Below are positions 41,121-53,300 of a DNA stretch of 64,000 nt, piece by piece. The notes under the pieces are model-generated. The model saw only the letters and a program-made list of their open reading frames with translations, was not told the origin of the DNA and searched no databases. Origin of the DNA: Rotaria socialis (taxonomy: Eukaryota); assembly GCA_905331295.1 (NCBI GenBank), contig CAJNYD010000013.1, forward strand, positions 62,001 through 126,000, given 5' to 3'. The translations under genes were made by a program, and so were the position numbers. How positions within the stretch are numbered: the stretch's first letter is position 1; every line of letters begins with the position of its first letter.

Positions 41121-43923
41121 TTACGCATTGTAACCGAGTAGTCGTTGAACACTTGGATATCGCATTCGAACTGCCATACTCTTTTGTTGATCGATGTAGA
41201 GGCTATTTTTCTTCATTTCGATTTCTTTTACAAGCATCTGATGATCGTCACGAAGTTTTTTCAAATTCGATTCTGCTTCACGTAATTCTCCAGTAAGATT
41301 ATCTACTGATTGTGATAGCTGATAAACTTCGCCGACCAAACTTGAAGAAAAAAATTATTTTGTTTTGTTCAATAAAAATACAAATAAATCATGATCTTAC
41401 TGATCTTGAGTTGGATCATGGCATGATTCAATACCGGGTCGAGCACGTCGGTCATTCAAACGCGTTTGAGATACCTTAAGTGGTGCTTCTTTTGCACGTA
41501 TTGAAGCACGAAGCATATCAATTTTATTCTCATTGTCAGCAATGGCTTTTAGTGTCTAAATTAAGTGCATAGATAACTTTTTGTGTTTTTTTCTTTTTAA
41601 TAATTACTTCACGATTATTGTGAGTCATTTTTTGCAGCGCATCAGACATTTCAGAAATACGTCGTCCGAATTCTGTTTCGACAACATCAGCTTGTTCTCG
41701 CATATCTCGTGAAATATCACTAAGTATACTATCGGTCAATGCACGTAATTGAATGGAAGCCATAAGTTGATTTTGGCCATTGACAATATTATCATGAGAG
41801 TTCTGTGCCCAAGATTCAGGTGTTGATTGACTGAATGCAAAAACAAAATGGAAGAATACGTCATTCGATTATATTTACTTATCGTAGTGTCGAGCAACAC
41901 CTGGATAAAACATAATATCAACATCTTCATTACGACGATTTGCTGCTTTCCCATCAGCAACTGATGCTTCCCATTTATTACTCCAATCCATTTCAAGATT
42001 TTGTTTAGCATTACGATTAGCTCTATTTTAATAAAGAAACAAGAACAATTGTTTTTAACAAAACAAGTTAGATTAATTTTATGAGCAAAGGTAGCACTTA
42101 ATCTACTTGTAATTGTGCTTGTTAGAACACCATTACAAAGGTCATCAAAGACTATGTTCATAAACGAGCAAATGGCTGATATCAATAACGTATTATTACA
42201 AAATTTTAGACGGATTTATGCATTTTTTAACAACGAATTCAATAGACATAATAAAAAAATATGAACTGATTTGTGTGACGAAGGAATCAAAATAAAAGAA
42301 TTTTCTCACAAAAACCAACAATAGCACATTCTGAAGATCCTTCTTACTCTCTCAGAATAATTGAATATAAATAAAGCTCTCACTTTAAAAGTAAAATTAG
42401 TTTCTTATTATAAATATCGAATTTCATAAGGCCTTGCCATGAATTCAACATCTCACTATCGAAAATATCAATTGATTCAAGTAATCGTCGTAAGAAGACT
42501 AACAATGGAGGTGTTTGTACTGTTCATCACGAAAACCGCTCATATTGGTATCAAATGAAAGGTCTCATTGCCAAGCCAACAGGGTTAGAATATTAGCGAC
42601 CCATGGCTTGCCTAAAGGGAGATATTCGATTTTTCAGTGAATTTTCTCTGCAGGACCCGCTTTCCTAGCAAAGTCATATTCTCGAATTTGAACCTGAAAC
42701 TTTGTATGCTTGAAGGTCTCAATGAGACTAGTTTACCAAAAAAAATTCAGAAGTTTTGGACAAACTATATACGAGATATGAATCTCTCAAAATATTGGCA
42801 ATTTTCTATAGAAGTTGTACATTTTGAGAGATTCATATCTCGTATATAGTTTGTCCAAAACTTCTGAATTTTTTTTGAAAAACTAGTCTCATTGAAACCT
42901 TCAAGCATGCAAAGTTTCAGATTCAAATTCGAGAATATGACTTTGCTGGGAAAGCGGGTCCTGCAGAGAAAATTCACTGAAAAATCGAATATCTCCCTTT
43001 AGGCAAGCCATGGGTCGCTAATAATTTAACCCTGTTAATTTGCCAATGAGACCTTTCATTTGATACCAATATGAGCGGTTTTCGTGATGAACAGTACAAA
43101 CACCTCCATTGTAAGAAAACTAAAACAAGGCTATGTTCAAATATCTGTATGGTTTTAGAGAGAAAAGTTATTTGACTAAAACATACTTTTATTTGCTATA
43201 ATAGCGTGCAGTTTTTCGACGAGCTCACACAAAGTGATAAGTGACGTGAAATAGAATGTTTGACCACACACGCACACACACGAAGTGCTTCTTTTTACCT
43301 AATTTGTTGTTCAGCCGTCATAATTGTTTGGCGTAGAAGATTTTGTACATTATTAATAATTTCAACTTCTTTCAATAGGCCAACTTCAACTCCATCAACA
43401 ACACGGTCTTCTCCATAACGGCGATCTCGATTAGCCAAACATTCCGTAGCAATATGCAGTGGAGCTTCAGTGCCATCCAATGAATTCGTCAAACGCTTCT
43501 TTTGTGCTATCAATAGATCAGTTTCGTTACGTACATCTTCGATCATACGATTGAGTTCGAATTTCCAAAAGTTGATGTCATGTAATCTGTAAGTGGCCAA
43601 TATATAAAAAGAAGTATTATTTGCCCTTAAGAAAAAGAAAATAAATTCATATTCGCAAACCGTTGTTGTAGTTTTTTTGTTGATAAAGCTTGAGTTTGTT
43701 GTGAAAGTGCGAGTGTCTCATTCTCGGTTCGTGTTGCTTGCCAACGTTGTTTTTCTGATGCATCACGATCACTAAATGTTTGATGATATTTAGCATAGTT
43801 ATTTTCGTGCCATTCATTGGTATTGTATTTATTCGAACGAAAACCAACAGTGGAAACACCAATACTAGATCCTGTTTGTCCACGATAACTAGGATCGAAT
43901 TCATATTTTTCCGTTGACAACAT
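41121..43923 (-). CDS. TEKT4: Tektin-4 (tektin A-type) axonemal filament protein, multi-exon
   Basis: STVGFRSNKYNTNEWHENNYAKYHQTFSDRDASEKQR resembles the TEKT4 N-terminus. Also RLHDINFWKFEL, PLHIATECL, PLKVSQTRL..R..RPGIESCHD (tektin nonapeptide) and KKNSLYIDQQK...RLLGY. Confidence 0.92.
42503..43111. mobile_element. 609-bp foldback (palindromic) MITE in a tektin intron, TAA target duplication
   Basis: ~290-bp near-perfect inverted arms (CAATGGAGGTGTTTGTAC...GTACAAACACCTCCATTG) around a ~27-bp loop near 42794-42820. TAA at 42500-42502 and 43112-43114. Confidence 0.9.
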
Positions 43924-44037
43924 CTTTTTCTTTTCTACAACACGAAACACTCTCAATAGAAGTTGTTTTTCGAACACGAGTTAAAATAATATGCTTTTCT
44001 ACAACTGATTACTTGTCGACAAACATTTACAGCTGAC

Positions 44038-44050
44038 GTTGTCAAGCAAC
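44038..44050. promoter_or_regulatory. RFX X-box-like motif ~115 bp upstream of the tektin ATG
   Basis: GTTGTCAAGCAAC. Confidence 0.55.
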
Positions 44051-44814
44051 AGACCTGGAAGAGAAAATTCATGGTGAAATACATTTATTCCCATGTGTAG
44101 ATGGCATCGACAAACGGTTCAATATTAAACACGACAATTGCATGATTGAATCGCAAAATAAAAACATAATTGATTACTCAACTTTTCAGGGAATAATAAA
44201 TGTTATGTTTTTCAAGACGAGTCTTGATAAACAAGAGTTTTTCCAATTTTAAATATAGATTTATCTCTACTGAACGATTTATGGTGTAGTGTAATGTTGT
44301 AGGATTTATCTTCATCTTAATGGAATTGAAAAATTAAGGTCTATTCGAATTTTATACATTGAGAATAGTTTTGTCAATGTCGTTTATGTTCAACAATAGT
44401 TCACAGGAACGAAAAAAATGAACATAATAGTCTTTTTGTTGAAACTCAATTGTACAATATAAATGCTCTTATAGAATTATCTGGTGTAAAATTCATATGA
44501 CGATATAATATTTCAAATATTAACAACGCAAATATTTATGGATTTGTATCTTTTTGCATTTTAAACTTTCTGCAATAAACTAAGAAAGTAGAAATTTGAA
44601 ATTATGCAGTTAATCACAGTAACTTATTTTTAAACTATCATAGACAAGAAAGAACAAATGATACATTTACTTTGTATAACAGGAGAACATAGTGATTGCA
44701 TTAGAGAAATCAAAAATTTACATATACATAACATTAGCAGAACATTTGAGTCATGATGCAATCGCATAAAAATAATTAATGAGATTTCTTTTTCTCAAAG
44801 TTACATACATTCAG

Positions 44815-46131
44815 ATGGATTTGAGTTTTCTATATGACAACAGTGGTATTTCATTGCCTAAGCCATACGAAAAAGTATCGAATTTTTCAAAATCTCGACA
44901 ATAATTTTCTTTCCCTAAATAGAAAAATTCATGGTTGGAATGGTTTCGATTACGACGAAGGAAACCAAATTCCGAAGAAGAAATCAATGAAATTCATGAT
45001 CTTATTCTGAATGTTTATGAATCAATGGATGATCAAGCACGAGCTGTTGTTCTGTCTTTGTCAAAAATAGTTCACGATGAAGATGAATCAGTAACAATAG
45101 AAGAAAAACTCAAGGCTATTGTTGCAATCGGCCATTCACTTTGTTGTGGTAAAGATAAATACATCTTTGAATGATAACTTGAAATCTATTTTAAATAATC
45201 ACATAGGTCCTATGCAAATTAAAAATGCAACCCATCTCTATGCAAGATTATTTGTCCGTGCACTTTCTAATCAAGATTTACGAATGTGTTTAGCTGCGAT
45301 GATCGCTATTTCTGAAACAGCTATTGATAATCTTAGTTTTCAAATGAAAGTAATTCCTATTGATTTGAAAAGAATTAGCGGTGAAGTTGAATTTTTTCAT
45401 TGCGAGCCTGTTTGTCACACAGTATTCATCAACTACAAATGAGACTCTGACAATATGATTTCATGCAGAATGTAATTATATGTTGATTTTTCGTCAAGCT
45501 GTTGTTCAATCTCTATATGAGGTTATAATTTTCATCGAGTCCTCCTCTATTTGACTAAAATATTTTTAGATAGATATTAACTTGATTCTATTTTAAAAGA
45601 AAAATCTATCGTTATCGATTTTCTTTTCGTAGGTAAACGAGATGGATATGATACCGAAATTATTCGAAATAATGCAAAATTCTATGCCACATGCTGGTCG
45701 TAATGCCGATAATATAAATATACATTCTAAATTAGTTGCATGGAGTTGTTATACAATAGTCAATATTTGTGCGAACTGCATGCCAAATATTCTCCTATTA
45801 AGAGGTAGAAAAGGAAAACAAGATTACGCATAGCCTATCAATTAGCGTTTTTCTTTATGTTTAATAAGATATTGTTCCTAATCAACTGGAAATATTAAAT
45901 GATGCTATTCAAATGGAAATTTGGCGATATGTTTGGCGTGAAAATTACGCTCAAACAATTGTCCAATTTGTTGATGGAAAACTGATTTCTGGTATTATAT
46001 GCAATGCTATTCAACCGAAACCATATTTGTTTGAAAACCATCATGATCACAGTGAAAAAACATCGAATAGCAATTTATCATCTAATCCTAGATCTTCTTC
46101 AGTAAATTCACAACGATGTATAATACTTTAA
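44815..46131 (+). CDS. ARMH2: Armadillo-like helical domain-containing protein 2-like, multi-exon
   Basis: Spliced product has TIEEKLKAIVAIGHSLCCGP, MIPKLFEIM, KLVAWSCYTIVNICANCM and EIWRYVWRENYAQTI, collinear with ARMH2 features as I recall them (IEKRAQAAQKIG, FWTCYVLSVMTCNN, WSGWTENFAEVL). Confidence 0.65.
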
Positions 46132-47376
46132 TAAGTCAATACAGAGAATACAAATCCGTTTTTGTCGATAAGAGAGGCATGATAAAAATTCGTTGATATG
46201 TAAATTTATCAGCAGAATAGGTTTGCATGAGTCTTGAGTACCTTTGTCAATCTTTTAAGAAGTGCATGTTGTTTTTGTTATTATAAAAATGTAAACAAGA
46301 GAATATTATGATAAATCTTTCCTGATCAGTACAAGTTAATAGTCATTTATTTTTCTCGTTTATTCTCCGAATCTACTGCCTGGAAGTTGAGCCAAACATA
46401 TGAGAGAATGTCATTTTGTACTATTTAGTAACCTCAATAATATAACATTAAATTTTATTATGTATAACCTACGGAAAATGAATAAATAATATTGATCGAA
46501 AAAATGCGTGAAGAGCATTTATTTCAACTTTTAAATAACTAAAAATAGATTGAAACAAAGATATTATCCTCATATTGTTAGTTTTTTTTTGTATGATAAG
46601 ATGCATGCCTAGGTAACATGTAGTTCTCCTTGAAATTTTGAAAGCATTACAGTCTATCATGACTCTCTAGAGATCTTGAAAAACAACAACAGTTTGACAT
46701 ACTATTCACTTTAAAATCAGCTCCCTAGGTAATACATCATACTTAATGCATGCATTGGATCATCCATACATTCAACATTGTATAACTTTTCGAAATGATT
46801 ATTCTTGAATATAAATACTCTGCATACATGTTTATAAAAATAATATCAAAAATTTTATTCAAATATTTAAAAATTCGATCCGGCATTTTTGTGTCGAAAA
46901 AAATTCAGTGTTATGTTAGTTTTGCTTAATAATCAAATGCAAATTATTTGACAAGAAAAAAAGTTCCTTTCATTTTCCATCGGTCTCATTATTGATTCAT
47001 CTCATGAATTCTCAATTGAATCAATCTTCAAACAATGACTTATAGTCTTAAGCCAAAGATTATTTTTCATCAGTCAATATACTTAATCAAACAAGTAAGT
47101 CGATAGCGCCATCTATGTAGACAAATTTTGTTAAATAAAATGAATTGTTTGTGAATCTTTCTTTAACTTGCTTTATTTTTATTGATTATTAATTTTTTCG
47201 GTATATGCATATTTTCAAAATCCAATCAGTTGCGTCGATCAATAATAAATATGATTCATTTTACTGTGCGAGGTCAAATGAGACTCAATCGATCAAATTC
47301 AAGCGACGAAAATAAGTTTTTCATTTGTTTTTTTTGTTTTCTCGTAGATGAAACGAAACCTTACTTAAAACTGCAA

Positions 47377-50300
47377 ATGTCTTCCGAATCTACAGTGCCA
47401 AAACCTATATATTCCCCGAATCGTATACGATTGAAAACAACTGATCAAAATACAACTAACGAACATGAATTATCCTCATCGGGAGCAAGTGAAGAAAGTC
47501 ATACTCTATTATCTGAAACTGTAACAACATTAGCGAGTAATGTCTATAATGAATTGGAACGTATTATAAAAAATTTCGGTGAAAATAGCGTAAAAGATTT
47601 AATGCCTGTCATGATATCAACATTAGGTTTGTTATATGAAATTCGATTTGATAAATAAAGCTTATATATATATACATGTATGTTTCAGAATCACTCGATA
47701 GTGCTCTTAATGAACGGGAAGTTAGTAAACTTGAAATTGAATCCTTAAAAGAACAAAACGAACAAGTATTTCAACAATATGAACGTGAAAAAGGTTTTCA
47801 CAAAGAATATCAACAAGTAATTATTCATTTAATAGAAAAAAACGTTCTTTTGTAATTTTCAATTGTTATTTAGCGTTATCTTCAAGTGGAAGATCATCTT
47901 GAAGAAATGAAACGTGAAAATGATGAAAAATTACAAAGTCTTGAATCTATTGTTAAAATATTTGAAATCAAATCACGAAATGCAGCTGATCATGTTGCAC
48001 GTTTAGAAGAAAAAGAAAACGAGACGAAAACAGATTATAAACGATTACATGATCGATATTGTGAAGTAAAAAAAATAGCAATGCTATTGTAATTATACAT
48101 TCGCTGACATATATATATATATGTATCTAGTTATTCAAAGCTCATTGTGATTATATGGAAAGAACGAAAATTTTATATGGAACAGATCGAGTAGATCAAT
48201 TAACTGGATCACAAAATGCTTCAAGGTCTAGGTTAGTATTTTTTTAAATAAGATTTCGATTTGATACGTACTATGACTGATAAGATAATTCTTTATTGAG
48301 ACCAAAAAACAAGCGGTGGATATCGAGGTACTTATCAGCAGCAAAACTGGTTTCTCATTTGAAGACAAGCTTTGAAGAGGATAGTTTTATTTTGTGAATA
48401 TTTCTAATTATATCAAAATCGGGTTTTCCAGTAGGTGTTAGATTATTCTCAACGATGACTTACATTGTAAACCTATAAAAAAGATGTATCGTGTCGTATT
48501 CAAATAGTTGCCTGTTTTTCTTTTACAGAGGTAATCTACCATTAGCATCACAACAACAATCACAATTATCAGACAATGCAGAATTATCTTCGAATGAACG
48601 ATTAAATGATGAAACAACTAATATTCGTCCAGATATATCTTTTCAGTAATTTGTTTTTTCTCCAGTGAGTCATCAATATCTATTTTGTCGTATTAGAAAT
48701 TCGAAACAACCAACAGTTGGTGCCAATTTTCGTTCTGAACTTGAAGCCTCTGATGGTACACACACTCAAACAGAAACTAATACTACTAGTAGTAATGACG
48801 CAGCTGTAAATACAGGTATGCATCCTTTTATTTTCCTTTAAACTTCTCTTTCGCCCATTCAAATCCTTCCCTTTGCTTTGAACCCCAAAAATAAAATCTA
48901 AAATTCCGTAAAACAAAACATTCCATATTCAAACTTAGCATTTCATGGTGATTGGGCAGAGAATTGGCCAAATAGTTGTAAGTAAAATAATTCAATATCT
49001 TTTTTTTGGCATAAAGATGAATGATACGCAAGACCATACAAAAACACACCTTAACTTGTATTTGACTAGTGCATGATTTATAATACGCATAAATATTTTC
49101 AGCTAAATCGGCTAAATCTACATCAACAATATCAATAACAACTTCATCGAAAATGTCTGATGAAATTTCTCTAAGGGAATTCGCAACAGGTCGGCTAGCT
49201 ATGTTGTAAAGAAACCTTTCGTGTTGTCGATTTGTTTGCCTAAAATGTGCTCATATTGTAAATCAAAAACCAAATTGGTTACGCTGAGATGAGATGAGAA
49301 GCAAAACGAAATTTCGCACTTATCCTTTTCGTTAGCTATTAAAAACCAAACTCGAGCTTTTATTATTTAATCTAGATTTCGATGATTCTTATATTGAAAA
49401 TTATAAACGTGGTAAGAGAGAGTCTTTCTGACCAGCCGCAGCAGTAGCATGTATTTGGCACTTTTATTTTCGACTGGCAATAATTCCAACTACTATATAG
49501 CTTTTGTTTTTTCTATTTTCTTAATCCCCAATCAACGCATGAGAGAATAATCAAAATAATACATAATTTAAGTTGGGTATCTTTTTTTTCATTTCCCGAT
49601 TTAACTGAACTTTTATGCTGCTTGTGCTTTTGCTTTAGTATTGAATACTATTGTAAATTTTGTCTTTTTTTCCTATTCTGATCCAATTCGCATTTTGTTT
49701 TGTTTGTGTATTGTCTATGTTGCATGCTATGTAGGACTATTCTCGAAACTGCGAAGTCTCAATATTCTACCGGTGCCGTTCGATGAACAAGAATTCTTTG
49801 TTAATGAAGATGAATTCGAGCAGACAAACAACACTGCAGGTGATCCGAAAGTCTACCAGAAATCAAATTAGTTTGAGCAAAACAAAAATTTAATTATTTT
49901 GCATGTGCACGATGATTGAATTTAAATTTTGTTTTCGAGATCAATTAGTACTCTTTTATAAATATATTTTTTCGTTGCATAGATATTGCAGTGAGCGATG
50001 ATGACGATGATATGTCAGCGAATGATGCGTAAGTTAAAAAAAAAAAAGAAAACATTTTATTCGAATGAGATTTTAACGTATTGTTTGTTTCCAGGAAAAA
50101 TGCAGAAGCGTTTTATAAAGAAACACAAAATGAAAATATTGATATATCAGATATAGATTCATCAGCAGATTTATTTGGTAAGTAAAATGACTTGATTTGA
50201 CATGCCATCTTTTTTGGTGTTTTTCTAACACTTTTTTCTTGTGTTTTTAATTCGTGCTCAGTACGACAAAGCTTTTACGGTGAGAATTTAATGTTGTTCA

Positions 50301-53300
50301 ATGGGATATAGGACGTTCCTTGTTTGTTTCCTTCTTTTTAACTAACGCTTGAATAGGCCTAATACTAATATTATTGTTTTATTTTTCAATAGTATAAGTT
50401 CATTATCATATTGAATTTTTAATGATTTAGGTATGACAAAAGAAGTATCAAATTTAATCAAAGAAAATAATGAACTTCTTGAGACCAAGTATGTAGAACT
50501 CTGCTAATCATATGAACATACGATACTATCTTTTTTTTGTCAATAGAAATGCATTGAACGTACTTAAAGATGATTTATTGGCAAAGATTGAAGAATTATC
50601 AAAGTAAAAACAAACGATTTAGTTTATTTCTTCAATACAAAATAATTATTTCTAGTGAACAAGAAATGCTTCGAGAAGAAGTTAGTTCATTACAAACAGT
50701 TAAAAATCGATATCAATCAAGGTAAATATAAAAAATATCTAGTTGAGACAATTTTTAATAAGAAATTCAAATTTCAGAATCACTGAAGTTGAAGAAGAGC
50801 TTCGTAAAACACGTGAAGAACTTGAAAAAAAGAAAAAAGAAGAAGAGGTAAGATCAAAGTATATACATATAACTATAAGCATGAAGAAGTAACAAGCTTC
50901 GAATAAAAATAAGTCTGCATGTATACTTAACATAGTTATGCTCTCTAATAGATTCTTGAGATGTTCTGGGATGTAAGTTTATTTATAAATGAAATGCCAT
51001 CATTGATTTTTTTAGCTGCTCTATGCATCATTAGATTTATTTAGCTGATTTTTTTTCTATGTAGTAATTTTTTGTTTTCTTAATATTTATTATATTATCT
51101 CAGGAAGATGTACCGACAGCAGATAGAAAGCGTTTTACACGGGTCGAAATGCAACGCGTTCTACTTGAACGTAATCAGTACAAACAACGTTTATTTGAAC
51201 TTGAAGAAGCCATGCATTGGCAAGATGCTATGCGAGCATCTAAACATGAACAATTGCATCCATCGGCGGGTTTGAACGCAATGAATGAAAGCGCATTTGA
51301 TCATTCGCAAAACAAGAAAAGAACAACATTTTGGAAACTGTGAGTTGTTAAAAGCAAAAAAAGACTTTTGTATCATAAGAGAATTTGCGTTGTACCCATC
51401 ATCGTGAAAGAAAACGATTCTATCTATCCGCTCGGTACATTTTTCATTCTATTATATATCTACTAATCTATGCATGAAATGGCCGAGCTTATGACATGGA
51501 AAAGAAACAATAGACACCTATATTTTTCCTTACAGAAAATTTCGTTGAAGAGCAACGGTACTCAAACCAAAATACGTTATCAGCAAATAGTACAAGAAAA
51601 TCCTTCTAGAAGCTCATCAAAATCTTTGTGGCGTATGTTTAGTAATGACTGGCTACCCACAAATATTTTAAGCTCACATGCTGGTGGTATACAGAATGAT
51701 TTACGAGAGGGTACAACGCAAGTTTCTGAGTTGTAAGAATAAAAACGATCACGAAAGAGAGTTTTATTCGAATAAACAGATTTGTATTGATTTTATTTTT
51801 TCTATTCAATCTTTTAGTTTTTCCGGATTATTCGGTACTGGTGTTAGAGAGGTTCCACCTAAACGTACTGCTACAACTAATCTATCAACATTGTCTACAG
51901 TTAAACGTAGTTCAACAAACGATCAACTATCACCAGTAGCTCATAAACAAGAAAGTACAACCGAAGAAAATCGCCCAATGGAACGATCAGTATCCGAAAG
52001 GTTTACTTTTGGATTGAATTTTTATCATTAGAAACGTCTTTGTTTTAATTTAGTACATCTATTGCTAGTATACCAAAACAAACACCAGCAGCACGTCAAA
52101 GTAGTTCCATTTTAATTAATGATGATAGTCGTCTTCAAGCATATGGTTGGAGTTTATCATCAAAAAGTCAACTAAAACTATCCGAAATCAATGGTAAAGT
52201 TCAAGTTAATGTACCTGTTCCAGTTTATTGTCGGCCAATATTTAATACCAATGATACAACACAAGTAATTGATACAAATTTAAAAAAAGAAGAAAGCATG
52301 CTCACGTTCTATTTAACTACATTTAGATTTGGTGGGCCGTTGGTATTGATCTTGATGGTTCATCGCCAATTATTGATGAAAATTCTACAAGTAACGATCC
52401 ATCGGTCGATCAATTAAATAAACAATTAATTGAATCGTACCATCAAATGATTGATGAACAATGTTTAAAATTATCATCAATCGTTTGGATTGCTGCTAAA
52501 TCCAATGATACAGCGATGATTACAATTATTGATTCAAATAAAGCAGAGAAAGTTATTGATACATTTACATTAGGAAATACCGTTGTCTACACCATGGGAA
52601 GTGTGCCTGGTAAATAAACAATTTTCTTTTCAGAATTCAATTCTAAATATTTTCCTCTAGGACCAACAAGTAATGATTATACATCATTTGAAAATTCATC
52701 GTGGACGTTATTTGAAGCTGATACAGCATCTGCTAGTGGTAAAACTCGATCGAAAATAAAAATTCTTTTAAATATAAAATAGTTTGTTGTTTAGATGTGA
52801 AAATTACACCTTGTACTGTTGCATCACTCTCTGTCGGTGGAAGTAAGATTTTATTCAAAACGAAAAATTCGATAAATAACTAGAATTTTATTTAAGTTCG
52901 TTCAAGTACTTCGGACGCGTTTCCAGTGGAATTAAAAGCACCCGAACAAGTTTTAGCTGATTTAGCACGTCAACGTAAGTATTTAATTGATAAACTCTAT
53001 TTAAATATGTATTTTTAAGTAGAAGATAAGAAATATAAAGAGAATAGAATGCGTTCTGGCTCGAGAACATTTCTATCTTGGCCAGGCTTTCCACGTCGAA
53101 ACGATAGTAATGCTCGCTGAGTTTTGTTTGTTATGCTAATCTGATTGAATTTCCTGTTTTTCTTCTAACCGGATTTTAATAAAAACGATTTATTTTTTCA
53201 TAGCTCCAATTGTCGATAAAACAGCTTGTTCAACGAAATATCCAACTGTTTGGTTAGGATCAGGTGATGGATGGTTGTATATTCATTCAGCAATTAGTGA

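Noticed and set aside
42637..42977. Twin 70-aa ORFs on opposite strands
   Set aside because: A by-product of the palindromic MITE, with GTG starts and no coding signal
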